The notes under the pieces were generated by a model. That model was given only the letters and a program-made list of their open reading frames with translations, ran no database searches and had not been told where the DNA came from. The position numbers and the translations under genes were made by a program. This document shows, piece after piece, positions 43,715 to 56,260 of a stretch of DNA of 64,000 bases; within the stretch, counting starts at the first letter, position 1, and the number at the start of each line of letters is the position of its first letter. Source of the stretch: an uncultured bacterium (GTDB lineage: Bacteria > Chloroflexota > UBA5177 > JANWHV01); assembly GCA_963827235.1 (NCBI GenBank), contig CAWHAE010000009.1, forward strand, positions 384,001 through 448,000, given 5' to 3'.

Positions 43715-44695
43715 GTGAACCTGCTTGGCATTCACCACGTCACGGCCGTAACCGGCCGGGCAGCCGACAACCTTGCGTTCTACACGCAGGTGCTGGGCAT
43801 GCGCTTGGTCAAAAAGACCGTGAACCAGGACGACGTCTCGGCCTATCACCTCTTTTATGCCGATGCCGCCGGCAATCCGGGAACCGAGCTCACCTTTTTC
43901 GATTGGCCCCGGGCCATTCGCCGCCGTCCCGGCGCCGGCACCGTAGCAGCCACGGGTCTGCGCGTGCCTGCCGCGGCGCTCGATTGGTGGGCCAAGAGGC
44001 TCACCGCCCAGGGCGCGAAGACGGAGGAGATCGCGCAGCGCGCCGGCAGACGAACACTCGCCTTCACCGATCCGGAGGGACAACGCCTGCAGCTGATCGA
44101 CGACGGTGAGGCCGCCGGGACCCCATGGACCGGCAGCCCCGTGCCGCCGGAAATGACCATCCGCGGCCTTGGCGCCGTGACCACGACGGTCACGCAGCTG
44201 GATGCAACCGCGTACACCTTGACCGAGGTCATGGGCTTCCGGCAGATCGGCGACTACGCGGCACCCGAGGATGGGCGGGCGGTGCTCGTGTATTCCACCG
44301 GCGATGGGGGACCAGGCGCCGAGGTACACATTGCCGTGCGTCCGGAGGCACCATACGGCGACGTGGGAATCGGCGGCGTGCATCACGTCGCCTTCCGCAC
44401 GCCGGATAGCGAGGAGCACCAGACGTGGCAGAAGCGGCTGCTCGCCGCGGGCCTGCGTCCGACTCCCGTGATCGACCGCTATTACTTCCGCTCGCTCTAC
44501 TTCCGCGAGCCCGGCGGCGTTCTCTTCGAGATCGCCACCGATGGTCCGGGCTTTGCCACGGACGAGGATGCCGAGCACCTGGGCGAGCGGTTGTCCCTAC
44601 CGCCGTTCCTGGAGCCACGTCGCGCGGAGATCGAGGCCAATCTGCGGCCGCTTCCCACCGTCCAGCCATGGCATGAGCAGGCGGTGGCGCGATGA
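43715..44695 (+). CDS. Ring-cleaving dioxygenase (MhqO/MhqA-like VOC)
   Basis: GIHHVTA, VLGMRLVKKTVNQDD, GGVHHVAFR and DRYYFRSLYFREPGGVLFEIATDGPGF motifs. Confidence 0.92.
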   Translation: MNLLGIHHVTAVTGRAADNLAFYTQVLGMRLVKKTVNQDDVSAYHLFYADAAGNPGTELTFFDWPRAIRRRPGAGTVAATGLRVPAAALDWWAKRLTAQGAKTEEIAQRAGRRTLAFTDPEGQRLQLIDDGEAAGTPWTGSPVPPEMTIRGLGAVTTTVTQLDATAYTLTEVMGFRQIGDYAAPEDGRAVLVYSTGDGGPGAEVHIAVRPEAPYGDVGIGGVHHVAFRTPDSEEHQTWQKRLLAAGLRPTPVIDRYYFRSLYFREPGGVLFEIATDGPGFATDEDAEHLGERLSLPPFLEPRRAEIEANLRPLPTVQPWHEQAVAR

Positions 44696-45333
44696 CGGGT
44701 TCCGATCTCACCTTCGCCCACCGCTTCCTTCCGGCAGCGCAGCCCGGAGCACCCACGTTGTTGCTGCTGCACGGCACCGGCGGGAACGAGAACGATCTGC
44801 TCGACCTTGGCGCCCTGCTGTGGCCCGGTGCCGGCCGCTTGAGTCCTCGCGGCAAGGTGCTGGAGCAGGGCATGCCGCGTTTCTTCCGCCGGCTCGCCCC
44901 CGGCGTGTTCGACCTCGAAGACCTCCAGCTACGCACCAACGAGCTGGCGGACTTCGTGGTCGCCGCGGCGAGCGCGTATGGCTTCGATCCGGGCGGCGTC
45001 GTGGCCGCCGGCTACTCGAACGGCGCCAACGTAGCCGCCGAACTGATCCTGAGCCACCCGGGCTTGCTGGCCGGCGCCGTGCTGTTCCACGCGCTGCTGC
45101 CGAGAAAGCCCGCGGAGCTGCCCGATCTGGCCGGCCTGCCGGTGTTCCTTAGCGGCGGCCAAGCCGATCCCCTGATCGCGCCCGAGCAGACGAAGCAGCT
45201 GGCAGCCGTGCTCCAGGACGCCGGTGCCGCGGTAACACTGCATTGGGTGCCGGGCGGGCATAGACTCGGCCCCGCCGAGGCGGCGACCGCCCGCGATTGG
45301 CTGGCGACATCGATAGCTGCCGGCAGCAGCTGA
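44692..45333 (+). CDS. Alpha/beta hydrolase (MhqD-like phospholipase/carboxylesterase)
   Basis: LLLHGTGGNE, RFFRRL, GYSNGAN and GGH motifs; ATGA overlap. Confidence 0.9.
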   Translation: MTGSDLTFAHRFLPAAQPGAPTLLLLHGTGGNENDLLDLGALLWPGAGRLSPRGKVLEQGMPRFFRRLAPGVFDLEDLQLRTNELADFVVAAASAYGFDPGGVVAAGYSNGANVAAELILSHPGLLAGAVLFHALLPRKPAELPDLAGLPVFLSGGQADPLIAPEQTKQLAAVLQDAGAAVTLHWVPGGHRLGPAEAATARDWLATSIAAGSS

Positions 45334-45420
45334 GCGGAACGGTCTGGGCGCCGGGACGGTGGAGTATGCTGAAGGCGTCGTTCTCACTCCACCAGAGCAT
45401 CAGGAATGGATGGGCCGCCA

Positions 45421-46972
45421 ATGGCTGAGCAGGTGTCGCGGGGCAGGATTTCCACCGACGGTCCGTGGTTCAAGGACGGCATGGGCAGAACCTTGCTGCT
45501 GCGCGGCGTCAATCTCGGCGGCAGCAGCAAGGTGCCGTACAAGCCGGACGGCGCCACGCACCTGCGAGAAGGCTTCTACGACCATCGCGACGTCTCGTTC
45601 GTAGGCAGGCCGTTTCCCCTGCGGGAAGCAGACGAGCACCTCGAGCGTCTGCGCGCCTGGGGGCTCACGTTCCTGCGCCTGCTCGTGCCATGGGAAGCCG
45701 TGGAGCACGCCGGGCCCGGAATGTACGACGACGAGTACCTCGCCTATCTCCGCGCCGTGGTCGAGCGCGCGGGCCACCATGGGATCGACGTCTTCATCGA
45801 TCCCCACCAGGATGTCTGGAGCCGGTGGACGGGCGGAGACGGCGCCCCCGGCTGGACCCTGGAAGCAGTGGGCTTCGATCTCTCCAAGCTGGCCGTGACC
45901 GGTGCCGCTTTCACCCATCAGACGGTAGGAGACCCCTTCCCGCGCATGATCTGGTCCAGCAACTACGCCCGCCTGGGCTGCGCCACCATGTTTACCCTGT
46001 TCCTGGCAGGTAATGACGTGGCGCCTCGCACCACGATCGAAGGCGTGCCGGTGCAGGACTACCTGCAGAGTCACTTCGTCACGGCCATGGTGCGAGTGGC
46101 GCGGGCGCTCGAGGGGCTGGACAACGTGGCAGGCTACGACACGCTCAACGAGCCGCGTGCCGGCTACCTCGGCGTGCCCGACCTTGCCAGCCTGCGGGGC
46201 GCCAACTCCCGACTACGCGGTCCCATGCCCACGCCGTTCCAGGGCATGCTGCTGGGCTCCGGCTACCCGCAAGAAGTGGCCGTGTGGGACCACGGCGTCG
46301 AAGGCTACCACCAGGTGGGCACGACGCTGATGAACCCCGATGGCGTGCCGGTGTGGCGCCAGGGCTTCCGCGACGTCTGGCGCGAAAACGGCGTGTGGGA
46401 GGGCGGCAGGCTGCTGCAGCCACACTACTTCGCCCACGCCGCGGACTTTACCGACGGCTACATGGCGCCTTTCGTGGCGCGCTTCCGCGAAGCGATACGC
46501 GAGGTCGATCCGGAGGCCCTCATCTTCGTGGAAGGCGCCCCGGGTGGGAGGCACGTGCGATTCGCGCCCGATCAGGCCGGGGGCATCGTCAACGCCACGC
46601 ACTGGTACGACGTGCTGACCCTGTATACCAAGTCCTACCGGCTCGATCTCACGGAGGACTGGGAGACGAAACAGCCCGTACGCGGGCGCGAGGCCGTGCG
46701 GAAGTCCTATGCGGCTCAGCTCCGCGCCCTCCGGGAGGCCGGCGTGAGCGAGATGGGCGGCGCGCCCACGCTAATCGGTGAGTTCGGCCTGCCGTTCGAC
46801 CTCGACGACGGCGCTGCCTACCGCAGCGGCGACTTCTCCTCGCAGGTGGCCGCCCTCGACGCCTACGCCGCTGCCATGGACGCGAATCTGCTGAGCTTCA
46901 CGCTCTGGAACTATACGGCCGACAATAGCAACGAGCACGGGGATCAGTGGTGCGGCGAGGATCTCTCACTAT
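45421..46972 (+). pseudogene. GH5 endoglycoceramidase/steryl-glucosidase-like gene, 5' part (interrupted by integrative element)
   Basis: LRGVNLGGSSKVP, DPHQDVWSRWTGGDGAP, LNEP, HWYD, IGEFG and WNY..DN..HGDQWCGEDLS motifs; homology stops at EDLSL. Confidence 0.88.
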
Positions 46973-47005
46973 TGCAGTGTGGAGTGACTAGCGATATACT
47001 TCCTT

Positions 47006-48668
47006 ATGAGGGCAGAGAGATGGCCCCAAGGAAGGCAGGCACCAGTGGCAGCACCAGCACGACGGCCCGTCCAGCGTCCAGTCAGCGCAACCCGTGCGGC
47101 GGGATATCTCCGGGTATCCACAACGAAGCAAGGCGACGGGTTCAGCCCGGAATTGCAGGAAGAGGCAATCACCACCTACGCGGCGGATCATGGCCTAGAT
47201 CTTGTGCTTGTTGAACGTGACTTTGAGAGTGGACACCACAACGAACGGCCTGGTTATCAGCGCCTGCTAGGCATGATCCGGAGTGGCTACGTCGGCACGA
47301 TCATCGTGCACCAGCTTGACCGGTTGGGAGAGACAACAGCGGAACTGATGGTACGCCTGGAAGAGATGGAGAAGCTAGGCGTCAAGCTGATCTCGGTCAA
47401 GGAAGGCAAGCAAGAGCCCGGTATCCTGTTCGACGTGCTTGGGAGCATGGCCAAAGAATACTCGCGACAGCTAGGGAAGAAGGGCGCGACCGGCATTGGA
47501 GATGATGAGCGCGGCAAGGCGTGCACCACGGTGTTGTGCCGACAGGCTACAAGCTGGTGTACCCTGAGCGGATCGGAAGCGGGCGCTACCAGAGTGGCGT
47601 AATGACATCTGATGACACAGCACCATTTGTCCGCGAACTGTTCAGAAGTACGCGGACGGCATGTCACAGCGCTACTTGGCGCGATGGGCGAATGAGCCAG
47701 GACACCCGGCAGCACCGAAGAGTGCGGCATGGTCACGTGACACCCTGGCGCACCTGTTGCGCAACCGCACCTATCTTGGCGTAGTCGAGTACAACAAGCG
47801 GGCTAAAGGCCGGTTCAGTCAGTGCAACCCTGAAACGGATCGCTTCGTGGTCAAGGCCGATCACGAACCATTGATCGACCAAGCGCTGTTCGACCGCGTG
47901 CAAGCCCGGATAGCGGACGCGACCGAACGGGGCTTCCATGGGAAGAGAGACGAACGTCCGGAACCGCTGCTAGCGGGTGTCCTGCGGTGCGGATCGTGCG
48001 ACAGCAAGATGACCGTGCTGCGATGTGCGGATGAAGCGAAGCGGCAACCGCTGTACCTGTGGCGGGGAACGCGAGTGGTGAGATGACGTGCGAGACGTCC
48101 GCGATCACCATGGACGTAGCAGACAGGCCGTGCTGAACCAGATCCGCCGCGTGCGGTTCGTAGACAACTGGACGCGAGTACGCTTCAGCCGGTCGTGAGT
48201 GAACCCGATCCCCGTGACTTGCTGACCAAGCAGCTTGCCGCCGCACGGGCCAAGATGGAGAAGCTAAGCAGCGGCTTCATGCTGATGGTTGCCGAAGCGA
48301 GCGACGCGGAGAAGCAAGCCTACCGGAAGATCGCCAATGCGCTGAGCGATGAGATCATGGCACTGGAGCAAGCACTACGCGATCTGCCCAGCGCGAAGCG
48401 TGCGACAGAAGACGTCGAGGCATGGCGTGCAGAGTTCAGCAGGGTCGACCTAGGCGGGCTGATCGACGGGCTGCTAGCGACCGATCAGCGGGGCAAGCTG
48501 CGGCACGGGATCGCGGGAGTGGTTGACCAGCCACGATTGATGATCGCTTCCCGGAGAAGCGTTCGACGTGGGCACACGCTAGCGTCACGTGGTCACCCAA
48601 CCTTCAGGCTTTGGTTGACGCGGGTAGCGCTGTCCTGGCAGACGACGATCCGGGACCGGAGCGGTTGA
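47006..48668 (+). pseudogene. Large serine recombinase/integrase (multiple frameshifts)
   Basis: GYLRVST.KQ, ESG..RPGY, HQLDRLG, P.GY, LLRNRTYLG, HEPLIDQALFDRVQ, LLAGVLRCGSC and a coiled-coil C-terminus, spread over ORFs 47006, 47521, 47661 and 48195. Confidence 0.88.
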
Positions 48669-48746
48669 CCAAGCAACAACGCCGCTCCGTGGCAATGCGC
48701 AAGTACCGCACGAAGGTGCGTGGACAGCAATAGCACCGTCATTCTG

Positions 48747-48782
48747 AAGCCCCTGTGTCCCACGATGCAGGGGCTTTCTTAT
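48747..48782 (+). terminator. Intrinsic terminator after integrase
   Basis: AAGCCCCTGTGT-cccacg-ATGCAGGGGCTT followed by TCTTAT. Confidence 0.6.
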
Positions 48783-48968
48783 GCCCTGAAAAGGCTCGCG
48801 ATCACAAACCATTTTGACTTTTCGCTACGTCACTACGTCAGGTACCATACGTAGGTGAGAGCCTTCCGGACGTGGTACCACACCTCTGATACCCTTTTCC
48901 CATTTTCCGCTAGACGTGCAACAATGGCGTTATGGAAATTGCACAGAGGATTTAATTAGGGGGAGGGA

Positions 48969-49223
48969 ATGGACAGCCCAACGTTCTTGACCAAGAACAA
49001 GCGCGACTCCGGGCCGCGACGACCGCTGATGATCGGTATTCACGTCTCAGCGACCGAATACGAGGTGATCTTGCGCGATGCGGACGCGGCTGGCTTGTCG
49101 ATGGCAGCGTACGCACGACAGTTGATGCTGAAGAGGGGGCGGCTAGGGAGTGCTAGACAGGCAAGCGCACCGCGACCGGTTGATCCTGATGTTGCCCGGC
49201 GTGAGATCACCGAACTGTCGTGA
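48969..49223 (+). CDS. Ribbon-helix-helix (MobC/CopG-like) DNA-binding protein
   Basis: MIGIHVSATEYEVILRDADAAGLSMAAYARQLML pattern; GGGAGGG RBS. Confidence 0.65.
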   Translation: MDSPTFLTKNKRDSGPRRPLMIGIHVSATEYEVILRDADAAGLSMAAYARQLMLKRGRLGSARQASAPRPVDPDVARREITELS

Positions 49224-49802
49224 TTGGCGTTCGTTGCGGTGAAGCGGTCCGAAGCAAGCGCGGATCCGTATTTAGATCGAAAATCGGCAGTTCAGGGAGA
49301 AGGGTAGACCGGTCCAAACGAAGCCCGCATATCCTCGGGGGCCACGCTGATGGCGCCGGAATGAGAAAGACCCGGATCGGCACGACCAATGCCAATCGGG
49401 GTCTGAAGGGAAGGGGGCTACTCCCCTGCCATGTTCAACCACAAGTGTACACCAGTTGACGCGAGTTCGCGAGAGCCTTATCAGACTTCACTGTGGCAAA
49501 CCTTTCGGCCCGCATGGCCAATGCCGGTAACTTTCGATGGCATGCTCCTGGCCATTCCCGATGTCCTCCGCGATGGCGGGCCGATGCGTTACCCACGTCG
49601 CCTACGCCATCTGCGATAGCAGCGTGATCGCGCTAGGCGAAAGACACTCCGGCTGGGTCAATGAGCGCAGCAGCAGGAATGCGGTGCGTGCGCTGTGGTC
49701 AATTCGTAGGAAAGGCGTGCCACTGCGACCGCGACTGTTACGGGAATCTCAGGGATTCTGGAACAGCCGATCTTGGGGTTTCCCGCGCAAGAGCCGATCC
49801 CC

Positions 49803-50045
49803 ATGAGCAGCTATGCCAAGAAGCAGGAAGCGAGAATCGCTGCGCTGGAGGCCGCGAATGCCGCGCTCTTGCATGACAAGAACGAGTTTCAGCGCGAAGT
49901 CGAAGATCTTCGGCATGAGAATGACCGTTATCGCTTCCAGTTGGCGGGCGATGCACATGGTGAAGCGGAGCGCGAAAAGGTTGTGTGTGCGGCGATCATC
50001 GTGTCGCGCGGGATCAAGTGCTCTCTTCGGCATAGCGGCTCGTAA
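49803..50045 (+). CDS. Small coiled-coil hypothetical protein
   Basis: MSSYAKKQEARIAALEAANAALLHDKNEFQREVEDLRHENDR heptad pattern. Confidence 0.4.
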   Translation: MSSYAKKQEARIAALEAANAALLHDKNEFQREVEDLRHENDRYRFQLAGDAHGEAEREKVVCAAIIVSRGIKCSLRHSGS

Positions 50046-50124
50046 CGATAGTGGGCATGAATTTGGCAAGCGCGTTTTCTCCCGATAGCACACCCGTTCA
50101 TGTGCGTTTGGGCGACTTCGCGGA

Positions 50125-50664
50125 ATGAACGGGTTTGAAGCGCGAAGACATCGGGCTGGCAGTGAAGGTGGCACACTATCGCGAGCACGGACGCGATTAG
50201 TGTTCACACTGCCGCCTGGCCAAGGGGGGCTGTCCAACGACCGAGATTTACTCAGCGGAGGCGACGGCACAGTGCGCGATGCCGATGGCCTCGAGCTCTC
50301 CAAGGAAAAGGACAAGGCGCGTCATGCCAAGAAACGGGAGAAGCGGCGGGAGCAGCAGCAGATGATGGAATCGGTGCTGACGGAGCAGTTTGCGGTACTG
50401 GAGGAGGTGGCGGAGATCGCAAAGCTGGGGTGTCCTGCCTGTCGAGGTCAACTTCTTGGAACCGGCTATGCCTGCGAGTCATGCGGTACGCGATTGATGG
50501 TCGATCAAATTATGGTCGACACTGATCGCGGTGCGAGGGGGTTATTAACCGAGTTGGTGAAAAACCTCCCTACTCAGAAAGATCTAATTAGCACCACCGA
50601 GTCGGTGAGAAGCCACCAGCGGCATGGCATCATGCATATACCCCAGCGAAGGGCAGCGCCATAA
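50125..50664 (+). CDS. Hypothetical phage-like protein with CxxC..CxxC zinc ribbon (probably frameshift-affected)
   Basis: CPACRG..YACESCG; charged helical segment; LPPGQGGL. Confidence 0.4.
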   Translation: MNGFEARRHRAGSEGGTLSRARTRLVFTLPPGQGGLSNDRDLLSGGDGTVRDADGLELSKEKDKARHAKKREKRREQQQMMESVLTEQFAVLEEVAEIAKLGCPACRGQLLGTGYACESCGTRLMVDQIMVDTDRGARGLLTELVKNLPTQKDLISTTESVRSHQRHGIMHIPQRRAAP

Positions 50665-51605
50665 TGCACGCAGGCCTGCGCGACGTACTGCCGCGATGCC
50701 GTTGACGTGCAGGTTGGCGCTCAATGACCGGCGTGGCTGAGGGTGTACCCAGGTGTCTCAGAGGGGGGGCACGCAAATGGATTGCCTCAACGACGTCTGG
50801 AGCGATGGGTGGCAGCAGCGGAACGGGAAGCTGTAATATAAGAAACCTGGTGCTTAGGGCAACGGCCTAAAATATGGTTGCGCCACGGAAACGTCCGAAA
50901 AATCGATTCCAGCCGCGTGCTAATGAGGCACCCGCGCGTCCATGGCGTTGTCGCTCCATCGTACGGACCACGCTAATCCCGTTCGCATCACGGCAACTTC
51001 GTATAGGCAACACGAAGCGGAGGTGAAGCGGAGTGAAGACGAAGCAGGGAAGAGAGCCCGGAACGCCATGCCCAGCGCAAAGCAGGAAACATGCAGGAAG
51101 CTCACAGGGCGCACATGAGCGCAATCGCAGGCTGGCCGCTGGCAAGCGAAGCCACCGCGCCGAAAGCGTGTCCTGGGATGCAAATCGGGGTGCAGATACC
51201 GGCACTGTGGTAACTCCGGCATACATAGTGGAAAAAATTTGGTTAATGGCTGAGCCTGGTGGGCCAGCGTCGGCCGGCGGAAGGGCAAACTGACACTTTT
51301 CAGCGAGTGCGGCGCCAGATATTTGCAGGCAGTGGAGCAGAGGTGCCAAGGTATGAGCAGTGATTCTTTGAATAATAGAGATTCACAAGCCCGTGAGTGT
51401 ACTGCGGGGCCGGGGGCGGCGAAGCGCGCAAAAGAAGCAGCGGTGCGGGTGGTGGAGGCCGCACCAGCCCGGTTGCCCGGACGCGGCGGTCGCGTCGCAG
51501 CAGCTGGATGGGGAGCAGACCAAGCGCGGCGGGCGTAACCCGTCCACTAGGAGTCGAAAAGGCGGCGTTTTAGTCAGATGCCTGCCGCGCCGCTGGTCGC
51601 GGAAA

Positions 51606-51625
51606 TTTTTTTTTTTTTTTTTTTT
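51606..51625. repeat. 20-nt poly-T homopolymer (probable sequencing artefact)
   Basis: T20 in a high-GC genome, inside a stretch lacking coherent ORFs. Confidence 0.8.
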
Positions 51626-54249
51626 ATGCTGCTGTGACCAGAATTATTTGTTCATCTGTCGCGGAGAGAGAGAGCGAACAACGTAAGAAAATTAGGAAGG
51701 CGCTAGCCGCACTGGAGCGGCAGGGCATGGTGGTTGATACCAGGCGGAATGTCCGCAGTCGTAGTGAGAAGCGGCTGATTCAGGGCCAAAGGCTGAGGCA
51801 AGGGAAGATCCGGGTTGATGGAAGCGAAAAGGCGTTACGGTTCGTGCAGGAGCGGGGGCAGGAAGGAAAAATGATGGTTAGTCGGAGGAAGTTTGATGTT
51901 CGGCGGATTGCGCTCGTGCGCAAAAGCCATCGTCCGGTCAACAGCGCAAATTACTGTGGTCAAATCTAAAGTTTTTTTAACGCTGCAACAGGAAATCACG
52001 GAGCTTGTTTCGAGATGCTATTCAAGAGGCGTTGAGCCAGCGCACGCCATAGCGCCGTTGCGGGGGACATAGCGCCTTTGGCTGGCTTATGGCAGCTGAG
52101 CGGAGGCGGGCAGCGGTACTGAGAAAATTGAATGTCTTTATTTTTTCCAGAAGGCTTCACAGGTATATGACGGATGCGGTCAGGGTCGCGCTAAATTTTT
52201 TTTAAATTCAGCCGGGGGAACGATCCAGGCGCCATTTCCGCCATGCGCGCCTACATTCACAACACCTTCAATTTCTGCCGCAGCCGGTATACGCGGAGAC
52301 GGTCGCGAAGTAATCAAAGGCGAATTGGCGATCAGACAGTTCGGCGAACGGTCAAACACCAGCCCAGAATTGCCAATGCGAAAGCATCTCGGGCGCCGTT
52401 ATTTGTAAGAAAAATATGGTGGATGCTGAGTGTGGCATCTCGCCACTACGGTTATGGCTATCTCAGGAATTGCCGCCACGCATGAACAAAAAGCAGGCGA
52501 ACCGTTCGCCGGTCTGACGCGGAGATCATCCGCAGCGGGTTGCGGCAAGCCGGGCACACCGGCGCGGCGCCCCGTGCCTGTCGCGCTGCTGGCTATGGCT
52601 TGGTCAGCAGGCCCTCAGCCAGCGTCCGACTTCCCTGAGGGCGAACGGCGCCCAACGACACCTGCCTGCGTCGGCGTACGGACGTGGGCAAGGATGCCGA
52701 TACGGTGCCGGGGCTATGGCGGGCACGTCACAGTATATGCTCGGGCGCGGGAGTGAATGCAGGCAAGGCCTGAGCGCGGCGTTCCCCGGACGGCGGCATA
52801 ATTTGGCAGCTGCCTATGGCGCACCGCCAAATCGGAACGAAAGCAAGAATTGCTACCAGAACCCTATCTGGTGCCCGGGGTGGCTTGTCATCTTCCTTGC
52901 AGCCGCGTGTCCAAGAGTGCGCCAGAGACCTTCAGCCAGGCTGTGTCGCGGTTGTGCGCAGGAGGGTGAGCCATGAGCGCCACAGCACAACTGGTCGCAC
53001 GGAGGAGCCCCGGAGCCCCGTATCCCCGGCCTCAGCGCCCAACATTGCGGGAGGAGGCCTCGCGGGGCCTCATGGCCAATTCAACGCAGGGATGCAGCAG
53101 CGTACATCCAGGTTTTCCATCTCCCTCCTGTGGCCACATTCTCCGGAGCCAGCGAGCTGGCCGTGGCCGGGGATCGTCGCTACCTCCTTCGCGGGGCTGC
53201 TGACTCAGGGCCAACGATTCGTCGGGATACCGGGCTGAACAGCGAGGTGGTAACGCTGTCGGCGGTCGCGGGCGGTGTAAACAACCTCTACGTTGTTGCC
53301 TTCACACCCGCGAAGAGGCAATGACACGATCTCCGTAGGCGCGCTGGGATCACTGCTCCGCTGCTGTCGGTAGGCGCCCCGGCTGGGTGCTTTTCAGCTA
53401 TGGAACAGCCCGCTCTGCATGGCGAATGGCATCGTTGTGGCTGTAAAGGTACTCGCGAACGGCAGCGGCGCACCAGAACTGGCGCAGGTTTGCACTTTTA
53501 GCGTAGCGTGAGGGGGCAGGCGATGGCAGGGCAAAGAGAGTCTTTAACGTGTGACGGCGTAAGGCGCCTTATGGCGCGCGCAAAGCGAAATAAATAGGGC
53601 ATTTCCGCAGGGGGCCACTCGGAATCGTCGGCCATAACGCGTAGTAGCGTTCTGGGCTTGCTGGCTGATGATTCGCTCGGCGCCCTGCCGGCAGTACGGC
53701 GTTGCCGGAGCATACCGCCGTGGTCGCTTACTGCCGGCACAACACCTCACGGTGAACTCAGCCATAGGAGCGCGAACTGTGCAGATAGGTACACTAGCGG
53801 ATCGCTTCTCGACAGGCGTGGTTTGGATTCTTGCACAGGACGGAACGGCGTAGTTAGCGGGCTGAAGGATAAATGAGGGTTAGGGCGATGGCAAGCAAAA
53901 CCACATTCCCACGGCCTTGACATCGGGCGGCGGCTTCATGGGAAGTGGACAAAGCTCTACGCCGCACCAGAAACGAATCCCACACGGCGGACGGTGCAAT
54001 CTGTGTGGGCGTAGGTTTTCAACGGCGCAGCTGCGAGCGTCGTGTTGGGTGTCACCGCCCCGACAGATGGGCGTTGTTCGTGCCAGCGGGCTTAATCCTA
54101 ACATGGAGTTTTTGCCTTACGGGGTGGCAGTATGAACTGGGTGTTGCGGTAGCCGGAACTTCCTCGTTAACGGCAGCGGGGTACCTAGGGCACCACTGAC
54201 GGTCACGCTGACCACTGGTCTAGCGAGCGCTGAAGGGAAAGGGCAGGAC

Positions 54250-56260
54250 GATGCAGAGAACTTGATCCGGTGCAACAGCCTGTGAATATCGTCGTTGACG
54301 ATAGACGGGCTGGATGAGGCGCTGCGCAAGGCCGACGATATTGGAAGAGGTGTTGACGCGCCTAGGAAGGGTCGCGGCAGCGTTTCAGCGAACTTGGGCG
54401 CCTTCGGCGGTGGTAGCGGTGGTGGTGCTGGGGCGGTGGTCAGCAGGCTGTACAAGGCGTCAAGCCTTCAGGAGGAAAGGCGAGCGTTGCACAGCCCACG
54501 CGAGCGCCCGGCAGTATTCAGCGCCACAAAACGCATGTACTTATGGCAAACATCGCCAGTAGCTCGGGAGGTCCGGGCGGCTGGCTGGCGGCGGGCTTCC
54601 TGGCCCCTGGCCCTGGTGCTGCGGGCGGTGACGAATGGGCGGCGCTGGGCATCATCTCATCCGCTGGCGGCGGCGGGCGCGGCGGGCGCGGCGGCGGCGC
54701 GGGGGGATTCGGCGGCACGATCGACCAGGGCGGAGGTCCGGGCTGGGGTGCTGGCGGCGGTCAGGGAGGCGGTGCTGGCGGCGGTGTCAGATTCGGTAGC
54801 TTTCGGTGCGCCCGGCCCGAACGCGGGAACCTTCGGCCTAAAGCTGGAACAGTTTGGCGTCCGTGGCGACAGGCAGCAAGCTGCCCTGGTTGGGCTGAGC
54901 GGTGCCATTGCGCGACAGCTACTTACGAGCGGCGCACTCAGTGCCGTGAACGGCAGTCGGGGCCGTCGGGGCGACCATAGGCTATGCGAATTCCATGGTC
55001 GCGACTCAGGCACAGGCCAAAGAGTCGATGCAGGCTGCGCTGGGCGGTCGTGGAAGAGATAATGGGACCGACCTTCAGACCGGGTTGATCGCGCAATGGC
55101 TAACGAGTTCAAGCAGTCCGGGACGCTGACGGAGCAGCTTGCCCAGCAGTTGGGCCTCGGTGGCGTGCAAGCAAAGCAGGCGATGGGTATTGAGCCGACC
55201 ATGCTGGAATTGCAGCAGCGCACCGGGGCGAGCGCGGATACGTTCAGTGACACCATGGCCGCGATGTCCACGAAGGGTGCGATGTCAGCGCAGCAGATCA
55301 GCGATACCTTCGCGGAATTGTTCAGCCAGAGCGCGAATAGCAGTGTCAGCCTGGATGCATTGATCAACTCGATGGTCAGTCTGCAAGCTGCGACCAAAGG
55401 CACGACCATGAACTGGCAGTCTACTGCTCAGATGTCGCAGGCGATGAAAGCGCTAGGGCCGGGCTACAACTTGGGTCAGATGACCAGCCCCGCGATGTCA
55501 GCTACCGGGACGAATGCCTTCCAGCAAGCAGCGGTGATGGGCGTCACGACTGACCAGCTTGCGAAGTGGCAGGGCCTTGTACCTGGTACAGCGGCGAACC
55601 CCGCAGCGCTGTTCAATGCGCAGCTGCAAGCGCTGGCGCGACAGACGAAGGGCAGTCAGGACAGAAACGTATCGAGAGCGAAGAGCTTCTTGCTCCGCTC
55701 GCGGGCCTTGACCTCTCTACACTCTCGCCGCAACAGCAAGAGCGCATGATGATGATGGCGAACAGCGGGCAGTGGTCGAAAGCGTACGGGGCGATCCAGA
55801 CACCCGCGAAGCCGCCTACCGGGATACCGAACATCGCGCCAACCACGACACCGCAGGCGACGGACTGGTGGAACCAGTTCCTCCGCCGGGGCCAGACCTT
55901 CGGGACGCAACCCAATCCGGAAAGCGGGATTAACACCCTGCTAGGGATGTCGAACTGGCCTTCCTGGATGCAGGCGGCGGGCGGCGGCATGGACAAGGCG
56001 ATGGCGGCTCTTGGAAGCCTGCCGATCTTCGGTTCGGCTGGACAGAGGAACCCTTGGGCGTCACCGACCCCGGGACCGAAGACCGGGCCTGTCGCGCCGA
56101 CCTATCCGGATTCAACGTCCATGTGGACGTCGCGGTAAGCGGCGCGGTGACGACGCCATCAGGCCCCGCGAAGGTCACGGTAACGAGCACCGCCACGTCG
56201 CGCACTGGTCCGCCCAAGTCCACGGCGGGCTCCAAGTTCCCCATTCGAGGGACCAAATGA
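54250..56260 (+). pseudogene. Tape-measure-like Ala/Gly/Gln-rich protein, frameshifted
   Basis: Successive ORFs: IDGLDEALRKADD.., Gly-rich linker, helical Q/A/S/M-rich ANEFKQSGTLTEQLAQQLGL..ISDTFAELF.., ending FNVHVDVAVSG..; boundaries approximate. Confidence 0.45.

Noticed and set aside
48814-48848. TTGACT..TACCAT promoter-like site with CTACGTCA tandem repeat upstream of the RHH gene
   Set aside because: Spacing is 23 bp and the region is error-prone, so it cannot be supported as a promoter or operator.
54590-54790. GGC-rich tandem low-complexity repeat
   Set aside because: Explained as a glycine-rich coding linker; not a CRISPR or regular array.
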